Shown here in pieces: positions 30,476 through 40,538 of a stretch of 64,000 nt of DNA (positions are counted from its first letter, which is position 1; the number at the start of each line of letters is the position of its first letter). The notes under the pieces were generated by a model. It was not told the DNA's origin. It worked only from the letters and a program-made list of their open reading frames with translations, and did not search any database. The DNA lies in the IMG/VR virus record IMGVR_UViG_3300049433_000110, positions 5,592-69,591 of that record. One strand, written 5' to 3'. The DNA comes from a virus. The translations under genes and the position numbers were made by a program.

Positions 30476-31613
30476 AAAAGCCAAGAAAAACACGCCGGAG
30501 CATAACGCTAAAATAGCGGCGGCGCACCGTGGCAAAAAGCTGTCCCCCGAGCATAGAGAAAAATGTCGACTGGCTTCCCTCGGTCGAAAACAGACTCCAC
30601 AGGAAATCGAGGCTCGTCGTTTAGCAAATACTGGCAAAAAGCGTTCGCCGGAATTTTGCGAACTCATGCGGCAACTCCAGGCCAATCGGACACCGGAACA
30701 GAAAGCCGCGCAATCCGAACATATTCGTCAACGGAACTTAAATAAGACACCGGAACAGAAAGAAAAGGAACGGCTCGCATTGGTAGCTCGCAATAAAGCG
30801 AGAGCCGGAGAAAAGCGGCAGTTTCCGCCGACACGCGAGGCAGGAAGTACTGATCCCGTATTTTACGTATATGAGCATTGGCGCTCCGATACCGGGCAGC
30901 CATTTTATGTCGGCAAGGGATTTAAAAAACGCGCCTATCAGATGACGATGCGCAATCGGCATCACATGTTTGCGCAGGACTATCTGAAGCGAATTGGAGC
31001 CTTGATCGAAGTCAAGATAGTCGCCGTATATTTGACTGAGCGCGAAGCATTAGATTTGGAAATTGAGCTAATAGAGAAGTGGCTTACGTCTGGTTGTAAG
31101 TTAGTCAATATTACTAAAGGCGGTGATGGGCCTACGGGCAGAAAGCACACGGAAGAGTGGAAGCGAGCGATGAGTGAGCGAATGAAGGGACGAAAGATGT
31201 CACCCGAAGCGCGCGCAAAGATTGCGGCTTCTGCAATTGGCAATAAGAGAGGATTAGGTAAGAAAAAGCCGCAGCACGTGGTTGATGCCATGCGGGCGCT
31301 ATTCACTGGAAAACCTAAATCCGAAGAGACCAAGAGGAAGATATCCGAATCGAAGAAGGGTAAGCCGTGGAATGGTGTGCACTCTCCTGAGCTTCTCGCG
31401 AGGAGAAGCGCAGAGATGACGGGCATCCCGTTCTCCGAAGAGAGGAAACTAACTATGCGCGGCATTCCGAAGAGTGAAACGCATAAACAGAAGCTGAGAG
31501 AGATCAATTTGGGGAAGACGCATGACGAGGAAACTCGCAAACTTCTTTCCGAAATTGCAAAAGCCGATTGGGCTCGTCGCAAGGCTAAAAAAGCCTTGGA
31601 AACAGGGGAGTAG
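30456..31613 (+). CDS. Free-standing GIY-YIG homing endonuclease with NUMOD3 repeats on both sides
   Basis: FYVYEH...FYVGKG..KRA, LVNITKGGDG; HTEEWK, KSEETKRKISES repeats. Confidence 0.88.
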   Translation: MTTLSTRKAKKNTPEHNAKIAAAHRGKKLSPEHREKCRLASLGRKQTPQEIEARRLANTGKKRSPEFCELMRQLQANRTPEQKAAQSEHIRQRNLNKTPEQKEKERLALVARNKARAGEKRQFPPTREAGSTDPVFYVYEHWRSDTGQPFYVGKGFKKRAYQMTMRNRHHMFAQDYLKRIGALIEVKIVAVYLTEREALDLEIELIEKWLTSGCKLVNITKGGDGPTGRKHTEEWKRAMSERMKGRKMSPEARAKIAASAIGNKRGLGKKKPQHVVDAMRALFTGKPKSEETKRKISESKKGKPWNGVHSPELLARRSAEMTGIPFSEERKLTMRGIPKSETHKQKLREINLGKTHDEETRKLLSEIAKADWARRKAKKALETGE

Positions 31614-31619
31614 GCCGCC

Positions 31620-34600
31620 ATCGGAGGAAAATCGGCGACGTCGACCCAGCAGGTCCAGGTGCCCGCCTCGGTACTTGCTGCCTATCAGTCTGTAAACGCC
31701 AACGCTGAACAAGTCGCTCAAACACCATTCCAACAATACGGCGGCCAGTTCGTTGCGCCCGTCAATGCCGAACAGAGCGCGGGAATAGCCGGCACCAACG
31801 CGGCCGCCAACGAAGCTCAACCTTACTACAGCGCTGCGACTGCCGGACTCGGCGCGGCCCAGTCAGCCGTCAACCCGATTAACGCCGCTGCGGAAGCAGG
31901 AACGACCGCCAGTTCATCTCCCCTGACGGGTCAACAGATAGACCAGTACCTGTCGCCTTATCTACAGACCGTGTTGGGCAGCACGGGAGCGTTGCTCAAC
32001 CAAAACAACCAACAGCAGCAAGCGGGGCAATTGGGCAACGCGATCACCTCAGGAGCCTTTGGAGGGGACCGCGCTGGCATTGCCGCTGCGAATCTGGAAC
32101 AGCAACAGAATCTGGCGAACGCGAATATTTACTCCGGAATAGCCAACCAGGGGTATCAATCGGCACTCAGCACCGCGCAGGGACAACAACAGATCGGACT
32201 CGCAGGAGCGCAGCAACTCGCCGGCATCGGGCAGATGGCATACGGCGAGGGTGCGAATACATCATCACAACTCGCCGGTCTCGGTGCTGGCGCGCAAACC
32301 GCAGGACTTCAGGGGGCGCAAGCGCAGATCGGCGCAGGCACGGTACAGCAACAAACACAACAGGCGCAGGACACTGCGCAGTATCAGCAGTTCCTGCAGC
32401 AGCAATCCTATCCATTCCAGACCGCGCAGTTCCTGGCGAATATCGCCGAGGGTACCGGTGCGCTATCGGGTTCAACAACAACAACCACTCAACCCGGCGG
32501 CTTCTTCAGTGACGAGCGTCTGAAAGAAGACATGGAGCCCATCGGCAAAACCTTCGACGGCCAGCCGATCTACCGCTACAAGATGAAGGGCGATTCGCGT
32601 GATCGGATCGGACTGTCAGCCCAACAGGTCGAAAAGAAACATCCCGAGGCTGTGGGGCTGGCGGGCGGCTTCAAGTATGTCGATTACGGTCGCGCGACGG
32701 AGGAAGCGGCCAATCGTGCGCACTTCTACGAGGGCGGCGTCGTTCCGTTTCGTCGGCAGCGCTATGCCGATGGGGGATCGCCTGGCGGCGGCTTGGACGG
32801 GGTGCTCGAGGCGCAGCGAAACATGTACTCACCGCAAGGCGGTGGTGGAGCTCAGCGGAACATCCCCTCAACGGGCGCAAGTCACCAACTAGCCGTCGCG
32901 CAGGGAACTCCACAGCCGGGGCCCTCCGGTTCAGACAATGTCACCAAGGGCATCGGGTACGGCAAGGACATGTACAAGGCGTACAAGCATTTCACGACGC
33001 CGACGACGGGGACAACGGCCCCAACAACACCAACCGGGCTGAGTCCAGCCGGCGTCCAGCCGAGCGGTGCGACCACCTACGGAGCGGGCACGCCCGCGAC
33101 TGCTTCTGCGGCTCCTCAATCGGGACTGGGATCCACAACCTATTTCGGGCCCGCGGCCGATACGGGCACAACCATTTATTTCGGACCTGCCGCAGCGGAT
33201 GCCGGGACCACGACGACGTTTGATGCCGGGTTGGGCGCTGCCGATACGGGCGCCACGGCGGCCAGTGCTGCCGCTCCAGCCGCTGCCAGCGGCGCCGCGG
33301 AGGGTGCTGCAGCAGAAGGGGCGGCTGGCGCTGCAGCCGGCGCCGGAGCGGGTGCCGCTGCTGGAGCTGCCGGAGGCGCTGCTGCGGCAGGGGCTGCTGA
33401 TGCTGCGGCAACGGAAGCCGCGGCGCTGGCGGCGGAATACGCGGCCACCTATGCGGCCATGGCGGCCGTGGCGGCGAAACGGGGCGGGCGGATCAAAGAC
33501 CGCGTCGGGCTCGCCGCGGGCGGGGATGTAGACCCTTACAGCAATCCACAAGGCGGACTCGTCATCCCGGACCAAGAGATCAGCAACGAGAAATTGCAAA
33601 GCCCCGGTCCACTGGTGAAGCATCCCAGCGGATTTTCATCCCTCCTAAAGGGCGGCCAACCCGATCAGGCGATGAACAATACGGGCGAGATCTTCAGCAA
33701 CCAGGCGCTCGCTCGCGGGGGCCTGGCGGGACGGCGCGGATATGACGATGGCGGCACGCCGGATGACACTCCCGATGCGACTAGCGCGCCGAGCTCGCCC
33801 GCACCCGCCGCTGATGACACGGCGACGGGTGTCGCACCCGCGAAGGGCTCGCACTGGTGGCAGAAGTCCGAAAACATCCTCCCGATTCTGTCGGGGCTTG
33901 CGGCCATGGGCACTGCGAAGACGGTTCATCCCGGAGTAGCGCTTGCGGCGGGCCTGGGCGCCGGTGCCGACTCGTACCTGAACACGCGGCGATCGCAGGC
34001 GGGGACGGAGGAGATTCAGGCGAAGGCGCAGGGACAGCAGATACAGAATCAACTCGGCGCGCTGGGAGTCAAGGCAGCTCAGAAATACTTCAACCCGCCG
34101 AAAACTCCTCAGCAGAACGCCGCTCCATCCGATGCCGCACAGGCGACCGCGGATGGTGTTGATCAGATGTACAAGAACAAGTACCAGACGCTGCCATGGA
34201 CGCCACAGGAAACTTCAGATATGAGCGCGGCGAGGGGGGCTGCAATCGCGCTGAAGAATGACCAACCCGTGCAAGACGTTCAGGCGAAGCGAGACCAGCG
34301 GTATCAAGATGAGATTTACTCTAAGCAGAAAAATGCGCAGGTAGAGGCCAGCCAACTCTACAAACAAGCGACCGACCCGGGCGCCACCCAGCCGCAGCGC
34401 GACGCAGCTCTTGTGCGCTATAACGCGATTCGCCAATGGACAGGGGACACGCCGACTGAGATCGGTGGCCAACGATTGAATTCGCGGATGGCCGCGCCCG
34501 AGATCGGGGCGGCCGCGCAGGTTCAGACGCTCGGGCAGAAACAGGAAGCGTATGCGCGCGGCATGCAGCCTATAGTTCTCGGAAACGGTTTGCCGGGATT

Positions 34601-35426
34601 CGCATTCCAGAAAGCCGGATTCAACAAGATCGAAGATTTCGTAGCAGCGCAACCGGGAGCAGTGACCACGCAGCCTGCGGCTGGCCCTGCACCCGTCGGA
34701 GCAGCGGCTCCATCAGCCAGGCCCGCGACAGTAGCGCCGCCACGGGCGGCTCCCGCAACCGCTCCTGCGTCCTCGACCGGTGACAAGTACTTGGATAGCG
34801 CGCTATCCGATTCGACATGGCGCCAGAAGCCATTACCGCCCGTGAACGATCAGTTGAGTCGCGATGCTGCGATGAAGCAGCAGGATCTCAATATTTCCAA
34901 TCGCAATGCACTGCTGAAGGAATCGGAAGCGGCGACCAACGCGGGCGCGACTGCGATGCAGTATCTGAAGGCTGCCAAGTCGATCATGGATTCCAAGGGC
35001 GCGACCGTTGGCGCATATGGCAGCCTGCTGACGAGCGCCAGCCGTTGGATGGGGGGCGGCCCTCAATCGACGAACTATCAGGAGTTGGCGAAGTATCTGG
35101 GCAACGCCGCAGCTCAACAGGCACAAGCCAATTTTCCGAGCGCCACCCAGTCCGAAGTGCACATGCAGTTCAACGAGTTGAGCCCGAATGTCAGCATGGA
35201 TGACGCGACTATCAAGAAGCTGCTCAATACCAACATTCGATCGACGGATTACGGATTGAAAAGCGCGAGCCACGTGAAAGACTACTTGGCGAAAGGAAAC
35301 GAGCCGACGAACTTCGCGAAGTGGAATCAAACGTATTACGACCGCGATAAGTTGGTGAATGCGCCCATGGCGACGAATGCGCAGGGCGAGCGGTTGTATT
35401 TCGTCAATGGGAAGTGGGCGCCATGA
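31620..35426 (+). CDS. DNA ejection/internal virion protein with internal Peptidase_S74-like domain; probable ATC start
   Basis: Q/A/G-rich with GAFGGDR motif; SDERLKE...IYRY...GLSAQQVE...VDY from 32508; frame open from 31614 (ORF track GTG at 31659). Confidence 0.75.
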   Translation: MGGKSATSTQQVQVPASVLAAYQSVNANAEQVAQTPFQQYGGQFVAPVNAEQSAGIAGTNAAANEAQPYYSAATAGLGAAQSAVNPINAAAEAGTTASSSPLTGQQIDQYLSPYLQTVLGSTGALLNQNNQQQQAGQLGNAITSGAFGGDRAGIAAANLEQQQNLANANIYSGIANQGYQSALSTAQGQQQIGLAGAQQLAGIGQMAYGEGANTSSQLAGLGAGAQTAGLQGAQAQIGAGTVQQQTQQAQDTAQYQQFLQQQSYPFQTAQFLANIAEGTGALSGSTTTTTQPGGFFSDERLKEDMEPIGKTFDGQPIYRYKMKGDSRDRIGLSAQQVEKKHPEAVGLAGGFKYVDYGRATEEAANRAHFYEGGVVPFRRQRYADGGSPGGGLDGVLEAQRNMYSPQGGGGAQRNIPSTGASHQLAVAQGTPQPGPSGSDNVTKGIGYGKDMYKAYKHFTTPTTGTTAPTTPTGLSPAGVQPSGATTYGAGTPATASAAPQSGLGSTTYFGPAADTGTTIYFGPAAADAGTTTTFDAGLGAADTGATAASAAAPAAASGAAEGAAAEGAAGAAAGAGAGAAAGAAGGAAAAGAADAAATEAAALAAEYAATYAAMAAVAAKRGGRIKDRVGLAAGGDVDPYSNPQGGLVIPDQEISNEKLQSPGPLVKHPSGFSSLLKGGQPDQAMNNTGEIFSNQALARGGLAGRRGYDDGGTPDDTPDATSAPSSPAPAADDTATGVAPAKGSHWWQKSENILPILSGLAAMGTAKTVHPGVALAAGLGAGADSYLNTRRSQAGTEEIQAKAQGQQIQNQLGALGVKAAQKYFNPPKTPQQNAAPSDAAQATADGVDQMYKNKYQTLPWTPQETSDMSAARGAAIALKNDQPVQDVQAKRDQRYQDEIYSKQKNAQVEASQLYKQATDPGATQPQRDAALVRYNAIRQWTGDTPTEIGGQRLNSRMAAPEIGAAAQVQTLGQKQEAYARGMQPIVLGNGLPGFAFQKAGFNKIEDFVAAQPGAVTTQPAAGPAPVGAAAPSARPATVAPPRAAPATAPASSTGDKYLDSALSDSTWRQKPLPPVNDQLSRDAAMKQQDLNISNRNALLKESEAATNAGATAMQYLKAAKSIMDSKGATVGAYGSLLTSASRWMGGGPQSTNYQELAKYLGNAAAQQAQANFPSATQSEVHMQFNELSPNVSMDDATIKKLLNTNIRSTDYGLKSASHVKDYLAKGNEPTNFAKWNQTYYDRDKLVNAPMATNAQGERLYFVNGKWAP

Positions 35427-37702
35427 GCACTCCTGCCCCGCCACCTGGATTTACGATGGAGTCGGATGACACGCCGGCTCAGCAGTCGATGCCAGCACCC
35501 CCGCCGGGATTCAAGCTAGACGAAGAGTCGGCCGCGGCACCGAAGCAGAACGAAGGTGATAATTCTTGGTGGGGCGCCGTCAAAGGACTGGGCGATGCGG
35601 GACTCGCCGTCGGATCGAGCGGCCTGAAAGCAGTGACGCATGCGGTCAATGACATCCTGCCTGGTGCTGACAGTCGCGCGGCCCTCGAGAAAGAGATTCA
35701 AACCGACCCCGTCCTTAATTATCACCCGCAGACTGAGGGCGGCAAAACCGCCATGGATGCGCTGAGCACTGTTTTTTCGCCGGTCAGTTGGGCGGCTAAA
35801 AAGGCGCATGAGGGCATCGCCAGTCTCACCAATGAGCGAACGGCGGATGTCGCTGGCGATATAGCGACGATGTTGGGAACTAAGGGCGGCGCGGAAGCAG
35901 CGGGAGCCGCGAAGGGCGCGGTGAGTGGGGCCGCGGGAAAAGTCGCTGATACTTGGCGTGATCTGGTAGCGAAAGGTCGCGAGGCGGATCAAGCGGTGCC
36001 TTCGGTGGCAGATGCAGGCTCGCGCCAATCCATGGGCGCAGCGCAGGTCAATCCATCGCCCTTCACGCTGACGGGCCAAGAGACGGGCCGCGGTTCACCC
36101 TCATTTCCGCAAGTGAAGTTGGCTAAAAACTCAGGCGATGTGCATCCTGACGAGCAATCCACGCGCGCCGGAATTGTGAGAGAAGTCCTCAACGACTCCA
36201 AAGAGGATGCGGGCATTCGCACGGGCGTCCTGACCGGCAATGAGCAGACTCTGCGCAGCGAGTATCAAGCGGCCAAAAACCCGAATCAGACACCGGCCAA
36301 TGCGTTGATGGCCGACCAGATTGGCGCCGAGCAGCGTGCGTTGCCGAAATTCGCGCAACAGCGCGTTGATGCCACGGGCGCTGACCCTACACTGACAAAC
36401 GATTACCAGCGCGGGGAAACGATCAACAGCGCCTTTTATGGAGAAGGCGGTCTCAAGGACTACCTGAACCAACAGAAGTCTAAGGTTTATCAGGCGGCTC
36501 TCGAGAAGAACGGCAACGATCAGATCCCCATCGATATCACTGAAGGGATGTTGAAAGACCCACAATTTACGGCGGGCGCCAAGCTCATGAAGCACGAGAG
36601 CGTTGTGGGTGGCGCCCAGGAGCTGCTGAGTCTCGCCAAGACCGTGGGATTCAAAGACCCGATCACGGGCGTTCAGTATGCTCCGGGCAGTGTGGCGGCC
36701 TATCAGGCAGTGACGAAAGCGCTCAATAAAGGCTGGACGCCTGAGAACAAGGCCACTATCGGCAAGATCAACGAGGCGATCAATCAGGATATCGCTAAAT
36801 CTGGTGGTGGTGATCTCTACCAACTCGGGAACAAAATCCACCGTCTGGACAAAGGACTGCTGTCTGACTCGGCCGGCATCAGCGACGTGTTTGGTGAGGT
36901 AGATCCCAACGGGATACAAACCGGAAAGGATTTCGATCGCATTCCGAAGATTCTAAACAACATGCCGTTGGATCAGTGGCGTCACATTCATGACACGCTG
37001 GATACCTTGTCACGAGGACACTTGCGCGATGCACCGGAGGGTATGGACCCAGTTCCACCGGAATTGATGCAGGCGGCTGCCAGCGCCAAGGCTGAAATGC
37101 ATGGCGCGCTCGCTCGCGAGGTCTACTCGCAAGGCGCTAGCAATGCAGGGGGCTGGAATGCGAACTCTGCCAACAAGGCGCTGAATGGTCGCGTGGGTCA
37201 AAAGATACTCGACGCGCTGCCGCCGGATGAGATACGCAAATTCCAGGTCCTGAATGCGGCCGGGCACATCATGCCGGGCGCTCATCCCTACGAAGGGGCC
37301 GGCGCACAGACTGCGCGCATGGGAAGTGAGCCGGGATTCATCGAGAAGTACGCGCCGAAGGCCGGAATATTGGCGGGAGCAAAAGTGCCCATACCCGGCG
37401 CCGCACTGGTCGGCGAAAAGATAGGCACCAAGGTATCGGGAATGACCAAGGGTCGGCGCGAGGCAAAGCATGCCGCGAGCGTCAGTCAGACGCTGCGTGA
37501 CAATCTGAATCGAAATGCTGGTGGACGGGTTGGTAGAGCATCAGGCGGCAAAGTTGATCACGAGGCATTGCTGGCTAGACTAATTCAACGCTGGCACGCC
37601 GCGAAGAAGATGAACGATGCGGGCACAGAAACACTGTTGAAAGCGCCCGATGCATCGATCATTCGAGCGTTGGATATCGCGGGGCGGAGCGCGACTCTAT
37701 GA
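35423..37702 (+). CDS. Probable DNA ejection/internal virion protein
   Basis: PPPGF repeats at N-terminus; helical; C-terminal RNAGG/RASGG module. Confidence 0.65.
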   Translation: MSTPAPPPGFTMESDDTPAQQSMPAPPPGFKLDEESAAAPKQNEGDNSWWGAVKGLGDAGLAVGSSGLKAVTHAVNDILPGADSRAALEKEIQTDPVLNYHPQTEGGKTAMDALSTVFSPVSWAAKKAHEGIASLTNERTADVAGDIATMLGTKGGAEAAGAAKGAVSGAAGKVADTWRDLVAKGREADQAVPSVADAGSRQSMGAAQVNPSPFTLTGQETGRGSPSFPQVKLAKNSGDVHPDEQSTRAGIVREVLNDSKEDAGIRTGVLTGNEQTLRSEYQAAKNPNQTPANALMADQIGAEQRALPKFAQQRVDATGADPTLTNDYQRGETINSAFYGEGGLKDYLNQQKSKVYQAALEKNGNDQIPIDITEGMLKDPQFTAGAKLMKHESVVGGAQELLSLAKTVGFKDPITGVQYAPGSVAAYQAVTKALNKGWTPENKATIGKINEAINQDIAKSGGGDLYQLGNKIHRLDKGLLSDSAGISDVFGEVDPNGIQTGKDFDRIPKILNNMPLDQWRHIHDTLDTLSRGHLRDAPEGMDPVPPELMQAAASAKAEMHGALAREVYSQGASNAGGWNANSANKALNGRVGQKILDALPPDEIRKFQVLNAAGHIMPGAHPYEGAGAQTARMGSEPGFIEKYAPKAGILAGAKVPIPGAALVGEKIGTKVSGMTKGRREAKHAASVSQTLRDNLNRNAGGRVGRASGGKVDHEALLARLIQRWHAAKKMNDAGTETLLKAPDASIIRALDIAGRSATL

Positions 37703-38472
37703 AGAGATGCAGGGTTCCCAATTGCGAGCGTGGCGGCCGTCACACCGCTGGATTGTGCAACATGCACTATCTGCGCTTCAGGAGATACGGCAATTTCGAT
37801 GAGCCAGACCACAGGCTTAAACCTGTGGTGCACGTCGATTCGAAAGTTTGTCCAAGTTGCAATCAAGACTTGCCCATCGCTGCGTTTCCGCGAAACTCGG
37901 ATATCAGAGATGTGCTCAGGAAGCACTCCATCTGTCGAAAATGCCGCGCGAAAAAATACAAAAAACACGTCGAATCTCAGAAGACAAAAGGGCTATGCGT
38001 TCACTGTAATGAACCCGCCAAGCCAGGATTCGTCAAGTGCGAAGCGCACCTGAAGATGAGGTTGAATTGGCGCGCAACTCCCATATCCAGAGCAAAGGAA
38101 CTATTGGCGGGAGCTAAAAAGAGGGCCGCAGACAATGGCACTATTTGTTCGATAGATTTGGAATGGGTGATGGAAAAACTTGCGGGAAGATGTGAGTTGA
38201 CCGGGCTTCCGTTCGATCTTCAGCCGGGGAAACGACAAGGTCATTTCAACCCATATACACCTACGATCGACAAAAAACTCCCGGGGGATTATTCACCCGA
38301 AAATAGCAGGCTCGTTATTGCCGCTATCAACATGGGCATGAACTCGTGGGGCGAGGAAGTTTACCGAATTGTGGCGAGGGCCTACTTGCATCATCGGCGT
38401 AGCAGAAAGTCAGCTTCTCGGATCACGGGCCCGAGTTCGTATGAGATGTTCACAAACGAGAAGCTTCAATGA
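37699..38472 (+). CDS. Free-standing HNH-like (His-Me finger) endonuclease
   Basis: CRVPNC...GLCNMHY; AKKRA...CELTG...PTIDK...YSPEN.RLV...N; AT-rich. Confidence 0.75.
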   Translation: MKRCRVPNCERGGRHTAGLCNMHYLRFRRYGNFDEPDHRLKPVVHVDSKVCPSCNQDLPIAAFPRNSDIRDVLRKHSICRKCRAKKYKKHVESQKTKGLCVHCNEPAKPGFVKCEAHLKMRLNWRATPISRAKELLAGAKKRAADNGTICSIDLEWVMEKLAGRCELTGLPFDLQPGKRQGHFNPYTPTIDKKLPGDYSPENSRLVIAAINMGMNSWGEEVYRIVARAYLHHRRSRKSASRITGPSSYEMFTNEKLQ

Positions 38473-39839
38473 CCTCTTCCTTTTCGACCAACAAGGGCCT
38501 CGAGGAGCCGGCGAGCGGTGACTATGTGAACGCATGGGCTCAGCCCATGAATTCAAATTTCACCGCGATCGATGCTGCTCTCGGTGGCACAACATCGATC
38601 TCCGTCACGGGCATTTCGGCGCCCACGACCACGCTGACTCTTGCCCAATACCGCCCTCCCAACATCGAATTTACCGGAGTCCTGGGAGCTAATCTCAACT
38701 ACCAAATCCCGACCGGAGTCGGCGGGATGTGGAGTATCAACAATGCGACGACCGGCGCGTTCAGCCTCTCGTTCTCGATTGCAGCCGGTAACGCGCGGTC
38801 GCTGGCTCCGGGGCGGACGCTGATCATCAGCGACGGCGCCACGGTGGCTCTCGCGACCCAGGGCGGCCAAGGGGGTACGTATACCCCGATATTTGAGTCC
38901 GGGTCCGTGCAGGTGGCCGGTCCCAATGGCGTGCCGCAGGGCTTCGGTGACTTTCAGTGGGGATTTTTACTGCCGAATGCGTCCGGTATCCCGAGCTCAG
39001 GGCTACTGGTCGGGGGCGCTGGCAAGACCCAGGTCGTTCATATCACGGATGCGCAGATTACGGGTCTGAAAGGAATCACCGTCATCCGCACGGCCGGGGA
39101 TGCCGACAGCACTCCTGGAAATCCCGGCGCCGATCCCGGTGGCGACCTGCTGGACTTCGCGGGCGCATCATTAAACGGCGGCGGTGGGGCGGCAAAGTAT
39201 CAGGGAGGTACATCGGTCAACAACATTGCCGGCGATGCGACCTTGCAGGGCGGCAACGCAACGGGGACCAATCCCAACGCACAGTCCGGCAATGCCGTTG
39301 TCTCGAGCGGCGTAGTCGGGCAGAAATGCGGTATTGGCGTGATCCTGAGCGCCAATATCCCGCCGGGGGCCGCGGGTACTTCGGTCATTCGGCACCAATT
39401 CGGCACGGCCACCGGGACTATTCTCGTGGTCGATGAGTTTTTCGACGGCTCGAAGTTCCTCTACAACCTGTCTGCCTTTCCGTCCGTCGGTCGCGGTGGC
39501 TTCGGTACCGCCGGACAAGTCGAAATGTCGAATGGGATCAATCAGCCGACCTTTTGGGGTGGATTCGCGCAACTGGCAGGACTTCCCACCGCCACAGTCA
39601 ACCCCAACGGAGTCGCCATCCCGCTGTGGTCCGGCTACTCCCTGCAATTCGGCAGTTGTAATCCGAATGGTGGCACGGTCATCGTGACGCTTCCTCAAGC
39701 TTTCACGACTGTGGGCTCGTTCGTGATCGCAGGCGGTTCCTCTCGCCCCACGCAGCACAACGCCTCGTTTGTCGATCTGGCTCATATCAGCGTCACCAAT
39801 ACGGGCGGCACGTCTTACTGGGCTGCCATAGGCAAGTGA
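38469..39839 (+). CDS. Tail fibre protein
   Basis: N-terminal virion anchor (NKGLEEPA.G...W...N.NF..ID); C-terminal LQFG...LPQAF...YWAAIG. Confidence 0.75.
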   Translation: MTSSFSTNKGLEEPASGDYVNAWAQPMNSNFTAIDAALGGTTSISVTGISAPTTTLTLAQYRPPNIEFTGVLGANLNYQIPTGVGGMWSINNATTGAFSLSFSIAAGNARSLAPGRTLIISDGATVALATQGGQGGTYTPIFESGSVQVAGPNGVPQGFGDFQWGFLLPNASGIPSSGLLVGGAGKTQVVHITDAQITGLKGITVIRTAGDADSTPGNPGADPGGDLLDFAGASLNGGGGAAKYQGGTSVNNIAGDATLQGGNATGTNPNAQSGNAVVSSGVVGQKCGIGVILSANIPPGAAGTSVIRHQFGTATGTILVVDEFFDGSKFLYNLSAFPSVGRGGFGTAGQVEMSNGINQPTFWGGFAQLAGLPTATVNPNGVAIPLWSGYSLQFGSCNPNGGTVIVTLPQAFTTVGSFVIAGGSSRPTQHNASFVDLAHISVTNTGGTSYWAAIGK

Positions 39840-39876
39840 GTCAGCACATGGTTTACATGAATGCATCATCGGATGC

Positions 39877-40140
39877 GTGATGCCAGAATGGATCATTCCC
39901 GCAATCAGTCTCATCGTGGGTCTCGTCGGAGGGTGGACCGGCGTGTATGTCGGCATGAAAGTAGGTCAGGCCAAGCTGGAATGGCAGATGGGGCAAGTGC
40001 TGGAGCGGATCGAAGTGCTGAGTAAACGTTCGAACGCGCACAATGAGGATCTGTTGATGCACGACGTGGAGTTGGACGATGTGATGCGTAATCTCGACAT
40101 CCCGCGCAAGAAGCGGCAGAACTGGAGGTTTGAGACGTGA
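39877..40140 (+). CDS. Membrane-anchored lysis-region protein
   Basis: N-terminal TM segment then coiled coil. Confidence 0.55.
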   Translation: MMPEWIIPAISLIVGLVGGWTGVYVGMKVGQAKLEWQMGQVLERIEVLSKRSNAHNEDLLMHDVELDDVMRNLDIPRKKRQNWRFET

Positions 40141-40538
40141 CGGAAGACGAATCCATTCCGCTGCGCGATTACGTCAATGGTCGCTTTGAAGCGCAGGAGA
40201 AAGCCGTGGCGGCAGCACTTGCCGCTCAGGAGAAAGCGGTGGCTGCGGCGCTCACGGCAGCGGATCGGGCCGTGTTGAAAGCGGAGACGGCAACCGAGAA
40301 GCGCTTCGAGAACTCCAACGAGTGGCGCGCGACGGTGGAGACCTTGCAGCGCACGTACATGCCGCGGACTGAGTTTGAGCAGGTGATGAAGGGGCAGACG
40401 GAGAAGATCGACGCACTGACCACGCGCATCAACGCTCGCGATGATCGCGGCAAGGGCATGGGGGAAGTCGTGAGCACGATCATCAGCGTGGTGGCGTTGG
40501 CGGCTGCGCTGGTGGCGATTTTTCGGGTACACCCATGA
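40137..40538 (+). CDS. Coiled-coil protein with C-terminal TM (lysis region)
   Basis: AQEKAVAAAL tandem duplication; hydrophobic C-terminus. Confidence 0.6.
   Translation: MTEDESIPLRDYVNGRFEAQEKAVAAALAAQEKAVAAALTAADRAVLKAETATEKRFENSNEWRATVETLQRTYMPRTEFEQVMKGQTEKIDALTTRINARDDRGKGMGEVVSTIISVVALAAALVAIFRVHP

Noticed and set aside
30456-31613. Endonucleases as group I intron ORFs
   Set aside because: All five lie between intact genes with overlapping or closely abutting starts and stops, leaving no room for a ribozyme core.
33135-33480. TTYFGPAA duplication and Ala/Gly-rich run as a functional DNA repeat
   Set aside because: In-frame low-complexity protein sequence with synonymous divergence.
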